Assembly: GCF_000143415.4 (NCBI RefSeq)
Contig: NW_003314322.1
Location: 94,886-158,885, forward strand
Source of the DNA: Selaginella moellendorffii
Lineage: Eukaryota > Plantae > Lycopodiophyta
Direction: 5' to 3'
Length of the DNA stretch: 64,000 bases
The notes beneath the pieces were generated by a model. That model was not told where the DNA came from. It did not search any database and worked only from the letters and a program-made list of their open reading frames with translations. Below are positions 51,190 to 62,540 of the stretch, one piece after another (position 1 is the stretch's first letter; every line of letters begins with the position of its first letter). The position numbers and the translations under genes are program-made.

Positions 51190-51469
51190 CTACAAAATTT
51201 CCTTGTAGACTACATTCTTTGTGCATGTAATTTGTTGTCTCTTGTTAAGTTTACCTTGGTTCTTGCATTCCTCTACACATATGACTATTCGGTCTTTAGA
51301 GGTACATTGTGATAGTGCAACATATAATTGCCCATGTCCAAAAACAGGACGTGGTAAGAAGATTTCGACATTATTTAAAGTTTGGCCCTGTGATTTGCAT
51401 ATTGTAATTGAGAATGCAAGTCTCAAAGGAAATTGTCATCTTTTTAATACAAATGGCATGTCACCATCA
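51190..51469 (-). pseudogene. Helitron PIF1 helicase C-terminus
   Basis: [41 protein letters not shown]. Confidence 0.93.
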
Positions 51470-51495
51470 CCCTAAACCCTAAATCCTAAACCCTA
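51470..51495. repeat. Interstitial plant telomeric repeat (CCCTAAA) x ~3.7
   Basis: ccctaaa ccctaaa tcctaaa cccta. Confidence 0.85.
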
Positions 51496-51496
51496 C

Positions 51497-52224
51497 TTTT
51501 CATTCTTGTTTCTGTAGCTTCTAGTGTGTCTAAAATATAAAGTTGAGAATATTTTGCATCATGATCTTGCTTAGGACGGAAACTGCCAATTGAATGGTAT
51601 ACTTGTTCATGAATTTTGAAATAATATGGTCCATTGCCAAGATGCAAATGCCAAAGCACTGTTATAATTTCGAATTAATTCTTTGAATTTTCCTCATTGG
51701 TCTGTTCCATCTAATAATTTACGAATCAGTTCAGGGAACTCAATTTGTTTTTCTATAGACACGCGTCCACCATGACAGCATTGTGATTGTGTTTCTGAAG
51801 CAAAAAGAAAAGCTTTACAATAGTCACAATGTTTATCCATGAGTCCAATATAATCTACTTTACATTTACCATCTATGTTGTTTTGCAAGAGTCCTAAATG
51901 TTTAGTGTTTTCCATGCTTTCAGTTCCATTTCCAAGATTTACTTCATTAACAGGTAGGGTAATAATTTCAAAAGTGTTTCTAAAAGTCTTTTCTATGGGT
52001 ATCAATCTTGGAATTGTTGGGGGTTCTTCAAAGGATACCAGGTTTCTCACACTTACATCCATGCTTCTATTCATATATAGAGATGAATTCAAACTTGTTG
52101 AACTTTTTTTTATTATACAGCCTTCATGTAAAATTAGATCACATGTTTTCCTCTTTCTTTTGCCACCCATTGATCTGTAGGAGATTTTACACTCTCTTTT
52201 AGAAAATAGAAGCTTAGACAGCAT
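51497..52224 (-). pseudogene. Helitron RepHel N-terminal region
   Basis: GLMDKHCDYCKAFLFASE...CCHGG; GPYYFKIHEQVYHSIG; YSQLYILD. Confidence 0.88.
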
Positions 52225-53850
52225 GTGCAGGCTCTAGATGGTGAAAATAAGTAAATAGACTAATAGCCAAACCACAAGAAAATAGAAGCACACTGAAACA
52301 AAGTGCTGGCAGAGGCACAGCTCCTTAATATGATGCTTGGGGTCCCTATATTTTGGAGCAGAACAACATTACAAAGCCGGGAAAAACAAAGCTCGGGAAA
52401 CATAGAAACAAAATTACCTCTTGACAAATGCGAAAGCAACCTAATTGTGCAGTCCTCTTTTCTATGATTCGAAACAGTTTTTCTTAGCCTACATGTCTAT
52501 TTAGGTACACTCTCGAAAAGCCTTTGACAGTAAAGAGTTTTACCACAATCATTTCTTCATTTGGGGCAGAATCATTGCGCTTCGGGATAAAAGATTACAG
52601 AGTCATACCGATATGATAGCCCGGGATAAAAGATTACAGAGGGTGAATCTCTTTTGGCAAGATGGCCGCGAAAAAACTCAGTATCATGGCTCTCTATGAT
52701 GGCATGATGGCAAGCTTGAGCAGGCAAAGTACAAGAGGCCCATGTAAATGATGTTGTATTTCTTTAAAAGGAGTGGAAGCTTTAAAGACACAGCTTTTCA
52801 AAACTTGGTTTGTTTTTTTCTTTCTTTCTTTGTTTCTATTCTTGTTTTCATCTCTCATTTTTCAAAACATCTATTTCCGATTTACCTGAAAATCAAAGGC
52901 CTACATATGAATGAATGAGTGTTTTGGAAGTTAGCTGTATAGTTCTCTTGTGCTATTTGACACATTTCTTGTTGCCATTTCCAATGGGGCTTTTGCAAAT
53001 GCAGGAGGTAAGCTGTAGGTGTGTGTCTGACCTCATCTCCAGATAATGTAAATGCCAGAGAATTTTTTTTTTGGTGTGTCTGCTCTTGGATCCAATGCTT
53101 GTAAAGGCGCTTGCGTTTTTCTTGCTCATCTGTCTCACGCTCACTGAATAATCATCCTCTGCCCCCTTAAGAACGCCTTAGCAGTTGATCCACACAACAA
53201 AACAAAAACGGCACTACAGTGTACCTGTCAGGTAAAACAAGGGGAAGTCAGCTTTCATCCATCAGTTAAGCTCTTAGTGATTGAGATGAGCTCTTGTTAT
53301 CTCAATTTTGCAACAGCATAGTGAAAAAGGGAAAGGGAAAGTATAGTACCTGAATGAAGGTGTGTCTGTCTGCTGTGTGTTTTTATTGCCTATCTCCTTT
53401 TCTTTGTTTTGCAGTTTCTCTTTCCCTTGTTGGTGGTCACCTGATTGGATCAAAGAGATCATTTTCGTGGAGTTGTTTGGCGTGTTTGCTATTGGCTGCA
53501 TGTGTGCTACAGCTGGCTGGTATATGAGAGCTGCTGCTATAACGTATTGAGCTTACTTTCCACTCATTACAGAGCTTGTCCCAGGCGGGGCTTCAGGTCT
53601 ACATTCAGGTCAACAAGTACCTAATGGCAGTGTTGAGAGCTTGTGGTTTTCACCTCCAGCTGCTTAAATTGAGCGAACCCGAACATTTGTGATTTGTTTG
53701 TTAAAAAAAAGGTACTGTGGTAGAGTCCTCCTGATCATCCGCTTAGCCCTAGCCATCTCTACCTAGAACAACAAAGCAACGAACTTAAATAGTTCTCATA
53801 AGTTGCTAAGTTAAGCCCACCTTTTATCATATTTACTCTTCAATGTTCTT

Positions 53851-54400
53851 GTACCGCATCAAAGGTGTCATTATAAACCCTAGATGAACATGTCAACTCC
53901 TTCGGCCTAATCAGCGAAAGAGAAAGCATTGACAAAAGAGAAAGGTGGGAGAGATTTCAAAGCATTAGACGAATACCTTGAATCTCATTGCCATCAAAGG
54001 TGTCATTATAAACCCTGGATGAACAGCATTGGCTGTGATGTCAACTCCTTCGGCCTAATCAGCGAAAGAGAAAGCATTGGCAAAAGAGAAAGGTGGGAGA
54101 GATTTCAAAGCATTAGACGAATACCTTGAATCTTATTGCCATTTCTTTGGCGTGGAAAAAGTTCGCGAGCTTGGATTGACTGTATGCTCTAGTGTCGGAG
54201 TACCTTTTGGAAGAAAAAAGGAAGAATGTAAGCTCACGAGAAAAGAGAGTTGTTTGGCATACCAGGTTTTGTCATTAAGGTGTGGGAACTGGATTCCACC
54301 GCTGTAAGAGGCGATATGCGTGACGGAGGAGAGATTGACAAACACTTAGCAGTCTCCTTCATTTTGTCCAGTAGCAAGTTTGTGAGAAGAAAATGGCCTA
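53851..54400 (-). pseudogene. Tic32-like SDR fragment with ~140-bp tandem duplication
   Basis: GHFLLTNLLLDKMKETAK, VNLSSVTH, AYSQSKLAN, ITANAVHPG; 53857-53991 is repeated at 53992-54140. Confidence 0.85.
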
Positions 54401-55063
54401 GACATCACAACAAGATAGAAAAGATACCTATGTATAAACAGAAAATCATGGATTTCTTTTGATCAAGTTCGAATTTTTCCTCATACCTTGTAAAGTTCCA
54501 TCACTTTGGAGGTGAGCTTCGAAGCATCATGCCAGGCATGGCCACTCGCCATCTCCAGGCACAGCAATGGCCAGAGTATGTGCCATCCCAAAGAAGTGTG
54601 GATCAAAACTCAAGCAAATGGCGATATCTGGAGGAGTTCACCGTGATCTAAACCACACCTTTGATCACCACCTTCACCACAGAAATGAAAATCCATGAGA
54701 TGATCCAACTATAGTGGCTTGGAGCTTACCTGCGTTGAGCTTAGAGTTGTCAAGATATTGGCAGCTGCCATAAGAGCAAGCAATCCACTGTCGTCATGAC
54801 CAACAAGCACGACCGATGAGAATTTTAGTTGCTGGCAAAAGCTCAGCAGCAAATCCACCTGCGCGCTCTAATCAGAGAAATCAAACAAGCAAGAACAACA
54901 GGAAAAAATTCTTTTTTTTTTTTCTAAACAACAATGAATAGAACACTCACTTGGGACTGGTGCTTGTAAGGATTGGGAAGACGGCCACTTTTTTTGCACA
55001 GCCAGCTCGTCAGTCCCCAGCCAGTCCGATCAAACGCAGCAAATAGAAAATTTCAGCACACAG

Positions 55064-55067
<4 letters not shown>

Positions 55068-55139
<72 letters not shown>
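55068..55139. repeat. (GA)n microsatellite
   Basis: ~36 units, ~220 bp inside a Helitron family-B 5' region. Confidence 0.97.
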
Positions 55140-55141
<2 letters not shown>

Positions 55142-55358
55142 CTCAATCTGCCCAATTGCCCTAAATTTTTTCTCTTGATTTGGATCATCATTAAAAAATT
55201 GAAGGGTTGCCACCCCTTTGGCACTTGATCTATGCCATCTATTTGAAGTTTTTGAATTTGAACCGTTAGATTATAAATATATTCACAAATAATATTCTAA
55301 AAATGGAATAAAAGATGTCGGAAGCCATATGCCAATAGCACGTTTAAATAAGGGAGTA

Positions 55359-58300
55359 CTAGCAAAAGTCCCAGCTACGCTGGGAGCATTGTCTTTATTT
55401 TTGATATTTTAATAATTTCAAAGAGTTGTAAGCATAATTGTAATTTTAACATAATCATAATTATAAGATATATAGTTAAACATAACATAATCTTTATATT
55501 AAAAATCTCTTTTACAATTGATTCTATCACCAACACACATCATAACATAAAAAATATAACTCACATTATATCATATTTAAAATTCTGATTGTTGAGTGAA
55601 GTCTTGGATATTTGATAAATGGAATTTCTCACCGTGGGATCCCATGGCCAGATGAGTCATTTTTTTAATAACTAATTTTTTATTTTATTTGAAATCTCTA
55701 TATAATTGATAAAAATATTATTATTTGATAATTTATTAAGCTCTATAATTTTTCCTCCTAATAAAGTATGTGTTACTTAACTACACTCAAATATAATTAT
55801 GTTAAAAATATATTTAATATATATTTAAAAACTCAGCTAAAGTGTATACATCTTTTAAATTAAAAAATATAAACATTATTATGGAGTTTCTCTTTTCATC
55901 ATTTCAGACTGAAAGTTTTGGAACTGCATGATAATAAGTGAAAGATGTTAGCTTTATGTGTTATATTTTCTTTTATAAAATTATAATATTTTACATATTT
56001 ATCATTGATATTCCATTTTTACCTAATATTTATATTCATGAATTCTGAGAGTAATATGTAAAATATAAAGTATTCTATTATATATCATAAACATTATTTC
56101 TGTAGTTATTTTTATAAATCTGAAATAAGATTATTATCTCCCTATGTATTTATATTTAAAATTAAACCTTTATAACACTGTTATGAATGCTGAAATGTTA
56201 TGATGATAAATGAATGGTAATGTTTTACTCTATACTGGGGTAGAGGAGGGTTTGATGATATATAAACTTTTCTTTATGCTAGAACTATAATATATCAAAT
56301 ACTTTATGAATGGTATATAGAAGGTTTAATATAATATAATTAAATTTCTTTGTACTAATGTTGTCTCAATCATATTTATACCTTATTAAGTTTTTCATGT
56401 ATAAATGCAATGTAGGATAAAGTGGTAGAAAATTTATGATATTATATAAATCATAGGCTACATCGTAGCCAATTGACATCTCAATATGTTTAATTTCATT
56501 TATATTTATATTAATAAATAACATAAGATTACTAATACGAAAATATTTTAATAATAACAGATAAATAATAAGAGGCAGGCGGTGCTAGGAATTGCAAGAG
56601 CGAGAGGAGGGTTGTCATGGTCAGTTTTCCATATTTGTATTCGATATCCTATCCCTTCAAAATATCATACTTTTTAGAAGTACTATCTAAACGTTAAAGT
56701 ATTATATTTTATATTATTAAGATTCTTTCTATATATGTTTTTATATAGAGAGAATGCTAAAATGAATTAAGATTATTAACTTTATGTTTAATTTATTTTT
56801 ATATAAATTTACAATGAGGCTAAAATCTTTCAATGAAAGGTAAGTTCTTATCCTGATATTATGGTATTGATGATTCATAATATTATATTTTCCTAAAACC
56901 ATAACATATCAGAAAAGGAAAAAATGGTCCATAGATTGCTTTATTAATAATAAAATTTTAAGTGATGATGAATCACATTTTTTAAGATGGTAGCCTTTTG
57001 TATTGTGTCTAATGTTGTCTCAATGATATTTTAGTTATCTGTTTTCCATGTATCAATGGACAAATTATTAGTGTAAATAACAAACTTATTAGATATTCAT
57101 CAATGAATCTACTCATATTGAGTTTTCTATTAACTCAGATATAGTCACATATTTATGCAATATCATAAAGTTATAAATCATAAGATTATGATAAAAGTAT
57201 AACTTATTTACAAGATATAATAGCTGGAGCTATTCAACTCTTCTATTTTAAGTTATAAAATATATCATTTCTATAGTCACTACTTTATTTACTTTTAACT
57301 TTTGAATTCATCAGATACTCTTTGTTCTATAAAGTTTTTGTTCTAGAAGAAAAAGTCATTCATTGATTCTATACTATATTTTTAAACATATTGAACATAT
57401 TTGTTGTTTTAAAAATATCATATATAGTAGATATAATAAAAAACTTCATCAATGAATACCATCTTTGTACAACTAAATGTTTAAAATCATTTGAACCTAG
57501 TGCATTATATCATCTTGGATCAGTTGTCCAATTGCCTTTTATATGTATTACAATATCACTTATGCCTCGAATATTTGTTGAATTTAACTCTTCATTCTCT
57601 ATTTCTTACCATTTTTTGAATGCATTAGCATAGGGATTTATCTCTTTTAATAATTTATCAAGACCACCCATTAGTTGCTCATTGCATTTATAATTATGTT
57701 TGTTTTTTGATTTTTATTTCCGTTTCTTGAGCAGTATTCTAAAATATTTCATTGTTAATAAGGTGCATATTTTTCATTATTTGGTTTGAAACTTCCAATA
57801 TTATATTAAATTTATATATATAGATTAAAATAATTAGGGCCACCTACTGCAATGATCAATGAGGCTCTTTAGTTTAAATATATTGGATGATTAGCAAAAG
57901 ATCTTGATTCAACTTTGGTCTTTATTTATATATCAATAAACGTTTTACAATTCTTTCTTTACATTTCAACTCCCTTGCTTTCCTTTTCGTTCCAACTTGT
58001 TTTCATCAAAAAAGAAAAACGCAAGCAAATGAAGTTAGAAATGGTGAAAAGGAAATAGGAACTTGCTGCTGGCATTTTCTTTTAAGCCGCTCGAACTTTC
58101 TTCATGCCCAAGTCATTCTCAAGGCCGGGAGCACTCTTTTTTACACCACTCCTTCACAGCTTGTCGATCTTAATGCTGCAATTTTTGACAAATCCATGGG
58201 TGTTGCCAGTTGGCATAACATCATATTCTGCAAGCATTGTTTTTGCCCATATTAGTTTCCAAACAAATCTCCACATTAGTGGTAAACGGTATGAGTTCTT

Positions 58301-58600
58301 GATTTCCAGTAGCATTTGCTACAATTACATCCCCTTCTAAAATGGCATCGATAGTTTTCTGCTTTCTTTTGTGGCCCATTTCCAGCTAGTTATTTCAATT
58401 TGTATAATAGGCTAGTAGTTTCAGCAAAGTAGAATAGCTTTGGTAGGTGTTAGTTCTGTTTAGCTCGTCATGCAACGATGCAGTTTCTTATCAATAAGTT
58501 TTTTTGGTTTTTTTTCTGTTTTATATTCAAGAAAACATAGCAATAGCACAATAGAATAGAGATTCTTGTATGTGCAGGTCACTCTTCTGAACTGTTTTCT
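55359..58600 (-). mobile_element. AT-rich non-autonomous Helitron (3' CTAG 55359-55362)
   Basis: Hairpin+CTAG; collinear blocks with 23444-25218 and 3606-3734. Confidence 0.8.
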
Positions 58601-58929
58601 GCCTGCACGCTTCCTTTTGAATGTTTTTTAGGATCGTGATCTGGAATGACATATAGACATTTTGTTTTTTACCTAAAACCTTTACAAGAGAAAGCAAAAC
58701 ACTAAATAAAATCAAACACAGAAATCATTTCTATGCCCTGAGTTAATGTACAAATATCATGTACCGAATCAAACCAAGCTCATGGCTTTAAAGTTGTGTC
58801 TATAAACACGTACATACACAACAGTTTATTTAATGCTGTCTTATTCCTTTAGAAATGGCTTTTTTAAAAACAGTTCATGGCTTTGTCTGTAAGAAAGTAG
58901 AGTAGGCTGCCATGTAGAGCTCCAATCCT

Positions 58930-59100
58930 TGTTCTCCACCACCTCAGCTGCCATGTACTTCGCTGTGGTGATATCTCCTAAAGGTGCTCACCACTTTGTC
59001 GCGCATGTTTAGCTTGGAAAGGATGTTGTCGAGCTTGAGATCCTGGTGAACCACGCCCCTCAAATAAATCTATTTGAAGGTCTTTACCAGCTGCTTGATG
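58930..59100 (-). pseudogene. Ser/Thr protein kinase fragment
   Basis: RGVVHQDLKLDNIL (catalytic loop, R to Q). Confidence 0.7.
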
Positions 59101-59329
59101 ATTAATCTTCTCGCAAATATGCTATATTTAAAAGACCAAATAACTATGGAATAACGCCTTAAGAAAGGGAGGCAATATTTCCACCAACAAATGTAACCAC
59201 TTGAGGAAAAGCCCTATCCAAAAGGAGACTCAGACAACACCACAAAGTTGGCAAACTTTCCTTGTGTCAGCGACCCAACCAAATCCTCCAATGCAGCTGC
59301 ATACACACGGTTTGGCCTTTACTACGGCC

Positions 59330-61020
59330 TTTTGGACGTCCTGTGGTTTCCTCCTGTGATGTTTTCCTTCCTGGCGTTAGAGAGTAACTGAGGATCAAAC
59401 GAAACAAACCTTGCCATGTAAGTTTGCACTGCCTGAGCAAAGCCAGGCTTGTACAAGAAGAGCAGCCCACGGAAGAGTTTCCCATCGATGGAGGCTTCTA
59501 GCGTGTATCCGTAGTTGAATACGTCGCTTTCTCTAGCCTCGAACATCTTCTTGCCTAGTGGCTGAATGTGAGCTTGAAACTCTGTAGCATGAGTTTGACA
59601 GGGAAAAATTGAAGAGGTCGAAGGTTTTCCGCAGATACCTACGTGAGATGAAACCAAGCTCTTGTCCGCATCCCCGTTGCTTGTCTAGCACGAATGGCGT
59701 GGTACGATACTCTTTGCCGCCTTCTCTTAAGTTCCTTACGCATGGATAGCTTTGGTTCTGATGGATCTTTCTCCCTCAGCATCTCTTCACAGAAAAATGG
59801 CAACCATATTGTCAAGAATGGCAGCAATGTCAATAAAAGAAGAAGCCAACCTGTGTCGAGGAAATACATGTCATCCAGAGCTTCAAGCTCTTTGTTACAT
59901 CCCTCAAAGACGAATAATATGCCTCGCTCTGCGTCCACAGAATCTCCTGCAAGGGAGAAACGTGGAGCAGGCCTGGAACCAGAGGGATTCAAAGTCGCCC
60001 AAACACCAGTCGCTGCAAAATACGTAAAAGCCCCATGAGAGACCAACAGGAAACAAATCTACCTACAAGCGAGATACTTTCCATGGCTGATTGTTGTATG
60101 CCCGGCTCTTGGCATCAGCTCGGCACCAGTTGTCTTTACCTCCCGCCATGCCATTGTTTCTGGATTACCACCGTCCTCATCACCCATGACAATGAAACAG
60201 TTCTTATAGGAAGAGCAGGTATGGCTCTCTCAGAGCAGGAACATCACCAAAAACGTCGGGTTTCCCCGAGGTGTTGGTAGCTGCATCGGATGATAAGAAC
60301 GAGAAAAAAAAATCGATAGAACTCGGAGCTTACCATTATCCAAAACAAAGAGATTGTTGAGCGGGCTGGTTCCATTGGTATCACCAAACACATAAAGCTT
60401 AGACCCGACGGCCGTGGAGCTGTGGTTGTCCCGAGGAGAAGGGTGCGTTCCTTTCATCACAGGCTTGCTCCAGGTGTACATCCCTGCGCGATCCCACCAA
60501 AAACATGATCAAAACCATATTTTCCGGAAAACCCAGAAGAGGAAACTTATACCAAAGTCGAAGACGTGCACATCGTTGGTCTGGCACTCGTCCCGGCTGT
60601 AGCCACTGAAGCGAACCGTGGGCGAAATTTTTTTCTTTTTCTCTTGGTTCCAGCCTCGAGCACCTGGAACAAACAGGAACTTTAAGCCTCGAAAGAGAAT
60701 AGCAAAGAGCAAGAGAGTGAAAACCTTGATTCTAGTCCTGGTTCCAGCCTCGAGAACCTGGAACAAACAGGGACTTGAGAGACTCAAAAAAATAGAGCTT
60801 AGACTCAACGGCTGTGGAGCTGTGGCTGTCCCGAGGAGAAGGGTGCGTTCCTTTTATCACAGGCTTGCTCCAGGTGTATATCCTTGTGCGGTCCCACCAA
60901 AAACATGATCAAAACCATTTTTTCCGGAAAACCCAGAAGAGGAAACTTATACCAAAGTCAAAGACGTGCACATCGTTGGTCTGGCACTCGTCCCGGCCAT
61001 AGCCACTGAAGTGAACTGTG
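59330..61020 (-). pseudogene. Galactose oxidase/kelch-repeat protein fragment with ~400-bp tandem duplication
   Basis: TWSKPVMKGTHPSPRDNHS..VGSKLYVFG, PAPRFSLAG, ALDDMYFLDT, GYTLEASIDGKLFRGLLF; 60415-60800 is repeated at 60815-61180. Confidence 0.85.
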
Positions 61021-61327
61021 GGTGAAATTTTTTTCTTTTCCTCTTGGTTCCAGCCTCGAGCACCTGGAACAAACAGGAACTTTAAGCCTTGAAAGAGAGC
61101 AAGAGAGTGAAAAACCTTGATTCTAGTTGTGGTTCCAGCCTCGAGAACCTGGAACAAACAGGGACTTGAGAGACTCGAAAAAAGAGTCATTTTCCGGTGC
61201 GTGGCCATTGACAACGGTTTCCTGAGCTTTTTAACCGGTAGCAGCTTCAGATCTTCACGTATAGCTGACTGTAGCTCTGAGGTGCTCTGCAATGAAGACC
61301 TCATCAAACACACACACACAGAGGCAG

Positions 61328-61333
<6 letters not shown>

Positions 61334-61365
<32 letters not shown>
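61334..61365. repeat. (GA)n microsatellite preceded by (CA)n
   Basis: Direct observation; same position relative to the family-A end as 14374-14406. Confidence 0.95.
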
Positions 61366-61368
<3 letters not shown>

Positions 61369-61409
61369 CTTCCTGCAAGTGATGATCGACACTCTCTCCT
61401 CGTGCTCAC

Positions 61410-61557
61410 GCACCCTAAAAGACAATTGAATTTTTTTATGATCCCCAAAAGTCACGACTCCCCATTGTTTAATCTCAGCCGTTAGATTTTGGCATATGCC
61501 TAGAATAAGCATCGCCAGTATATGCTATTATTATACCAGCTCTTTCATTTAAATATA
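61410..61557 (-). mobile_element. Helitron family-A 5' region directly after a 3' CTAG
   Basis: CTAG|TATATTTAAATGAAAGAGC on the minus strand. Confidence 0.75.
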
Positions 61558-62540
61558 CTAGCAAGGAATCCAGCTCCGCTAGCAGAGATAGTAATTATGT
61601 TTTATTTAATATTATCATTTTAAAGAATTTTTTTATAGACTATGTTTTTCTGTGTACACAATTGTTCTACAAACATTTGTGTCTTTGATGTTCCCCTTGA
61701 GAGTGCAACATAAAGTTGACTATGTCTTGGCAAGAATATCTTTATATTTTACAGTGTTTGTCTTTACTATTTGCAAATTGTAACAGAGAATGCAAGCCTT
61801 AGAGAGAACTACTAACATTTTACAATGAATGACATATCTCTAATTTTTTGGTTTCAAAGAGATTCTTTTTTTTTTACCTGCATATCATTGTATAAAATAT
61901 TAACTTCAATGACGTTTGGTAAAGCCTTGCTTATGGTAGTTTATTTGTGTTAATATTATGTAAGAGCATTATGATACAGCTGATTTTTATGTTTAGCTTA
62001 TGTGGAGGCATTCCAGACGGTGTTACCAAGTTTAGGAACTCCATAGGATAGTCAAGCATCTTCTCATTTGATTCTGTTTCTACAATATCAATTCTCTTGT
62101 ATATTATTGTTGCTCATTCTTGAAAGGACTTAGTCATTTACTTGTGGAGAGAGGTCATTTAAAATTGTGAGAATAACCTTTCAAAATAGGCTTTACTTGC
62201 TTGTCTCTATGTGTTTTTCAAACACATTATCTATCAATTGTTCTCTAGTAGTGGATGTTAATGGTACTCTGAATGTCTTGGGAGGTTATATGAAATGAGA
62301 ACTTTAGGAGCTTAGACCATATTGGTGAGGATTTAACACTATTTTGAATGATTTGTGTGTGGCAAGCTCTTTGAAGAACAGGTAAGGTTTGCCTAAAGTC
62401 TCCCCCTGTCACCAAATGTGATACCACTAAAATTTGTGTCACAATTCTTGATGTCACACAAAGCATGAGTGGTTACCATGTTTATCTTGTCCCATACGAG
62501 TAATTTAACTCTTCAAATATGTTCAGAAGATATAGAATTT
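61558..62540 (-). mobile_element. Helitron 3' end with decayed PIF1 helicase
   Basis: GGDFRQTLPV, EFLNLVTPSGMPPHKL; hairpin + attccttg CTAG at 61558-61561. Confidence 0.88.

Larger units (their letters stand above)
49709..55358 (-). mobile_element. Internally deleted Helitron carrying RepHel remnants, RPA1 and captured fragments
   Basis: 3' cccagc-gga-gctggg ttctctg CTAG at 49709; family-B 5' region at 55358 (pairing of the two ends inferred). Confidence 0.7.

Noticed and set aside
53929-54307. Novel duplicated protein KEKGGRDFKALDEYLESHC (also 7658-7903)
   Set aside because: Antisense reading of Tic32-like SDR exons and introns.
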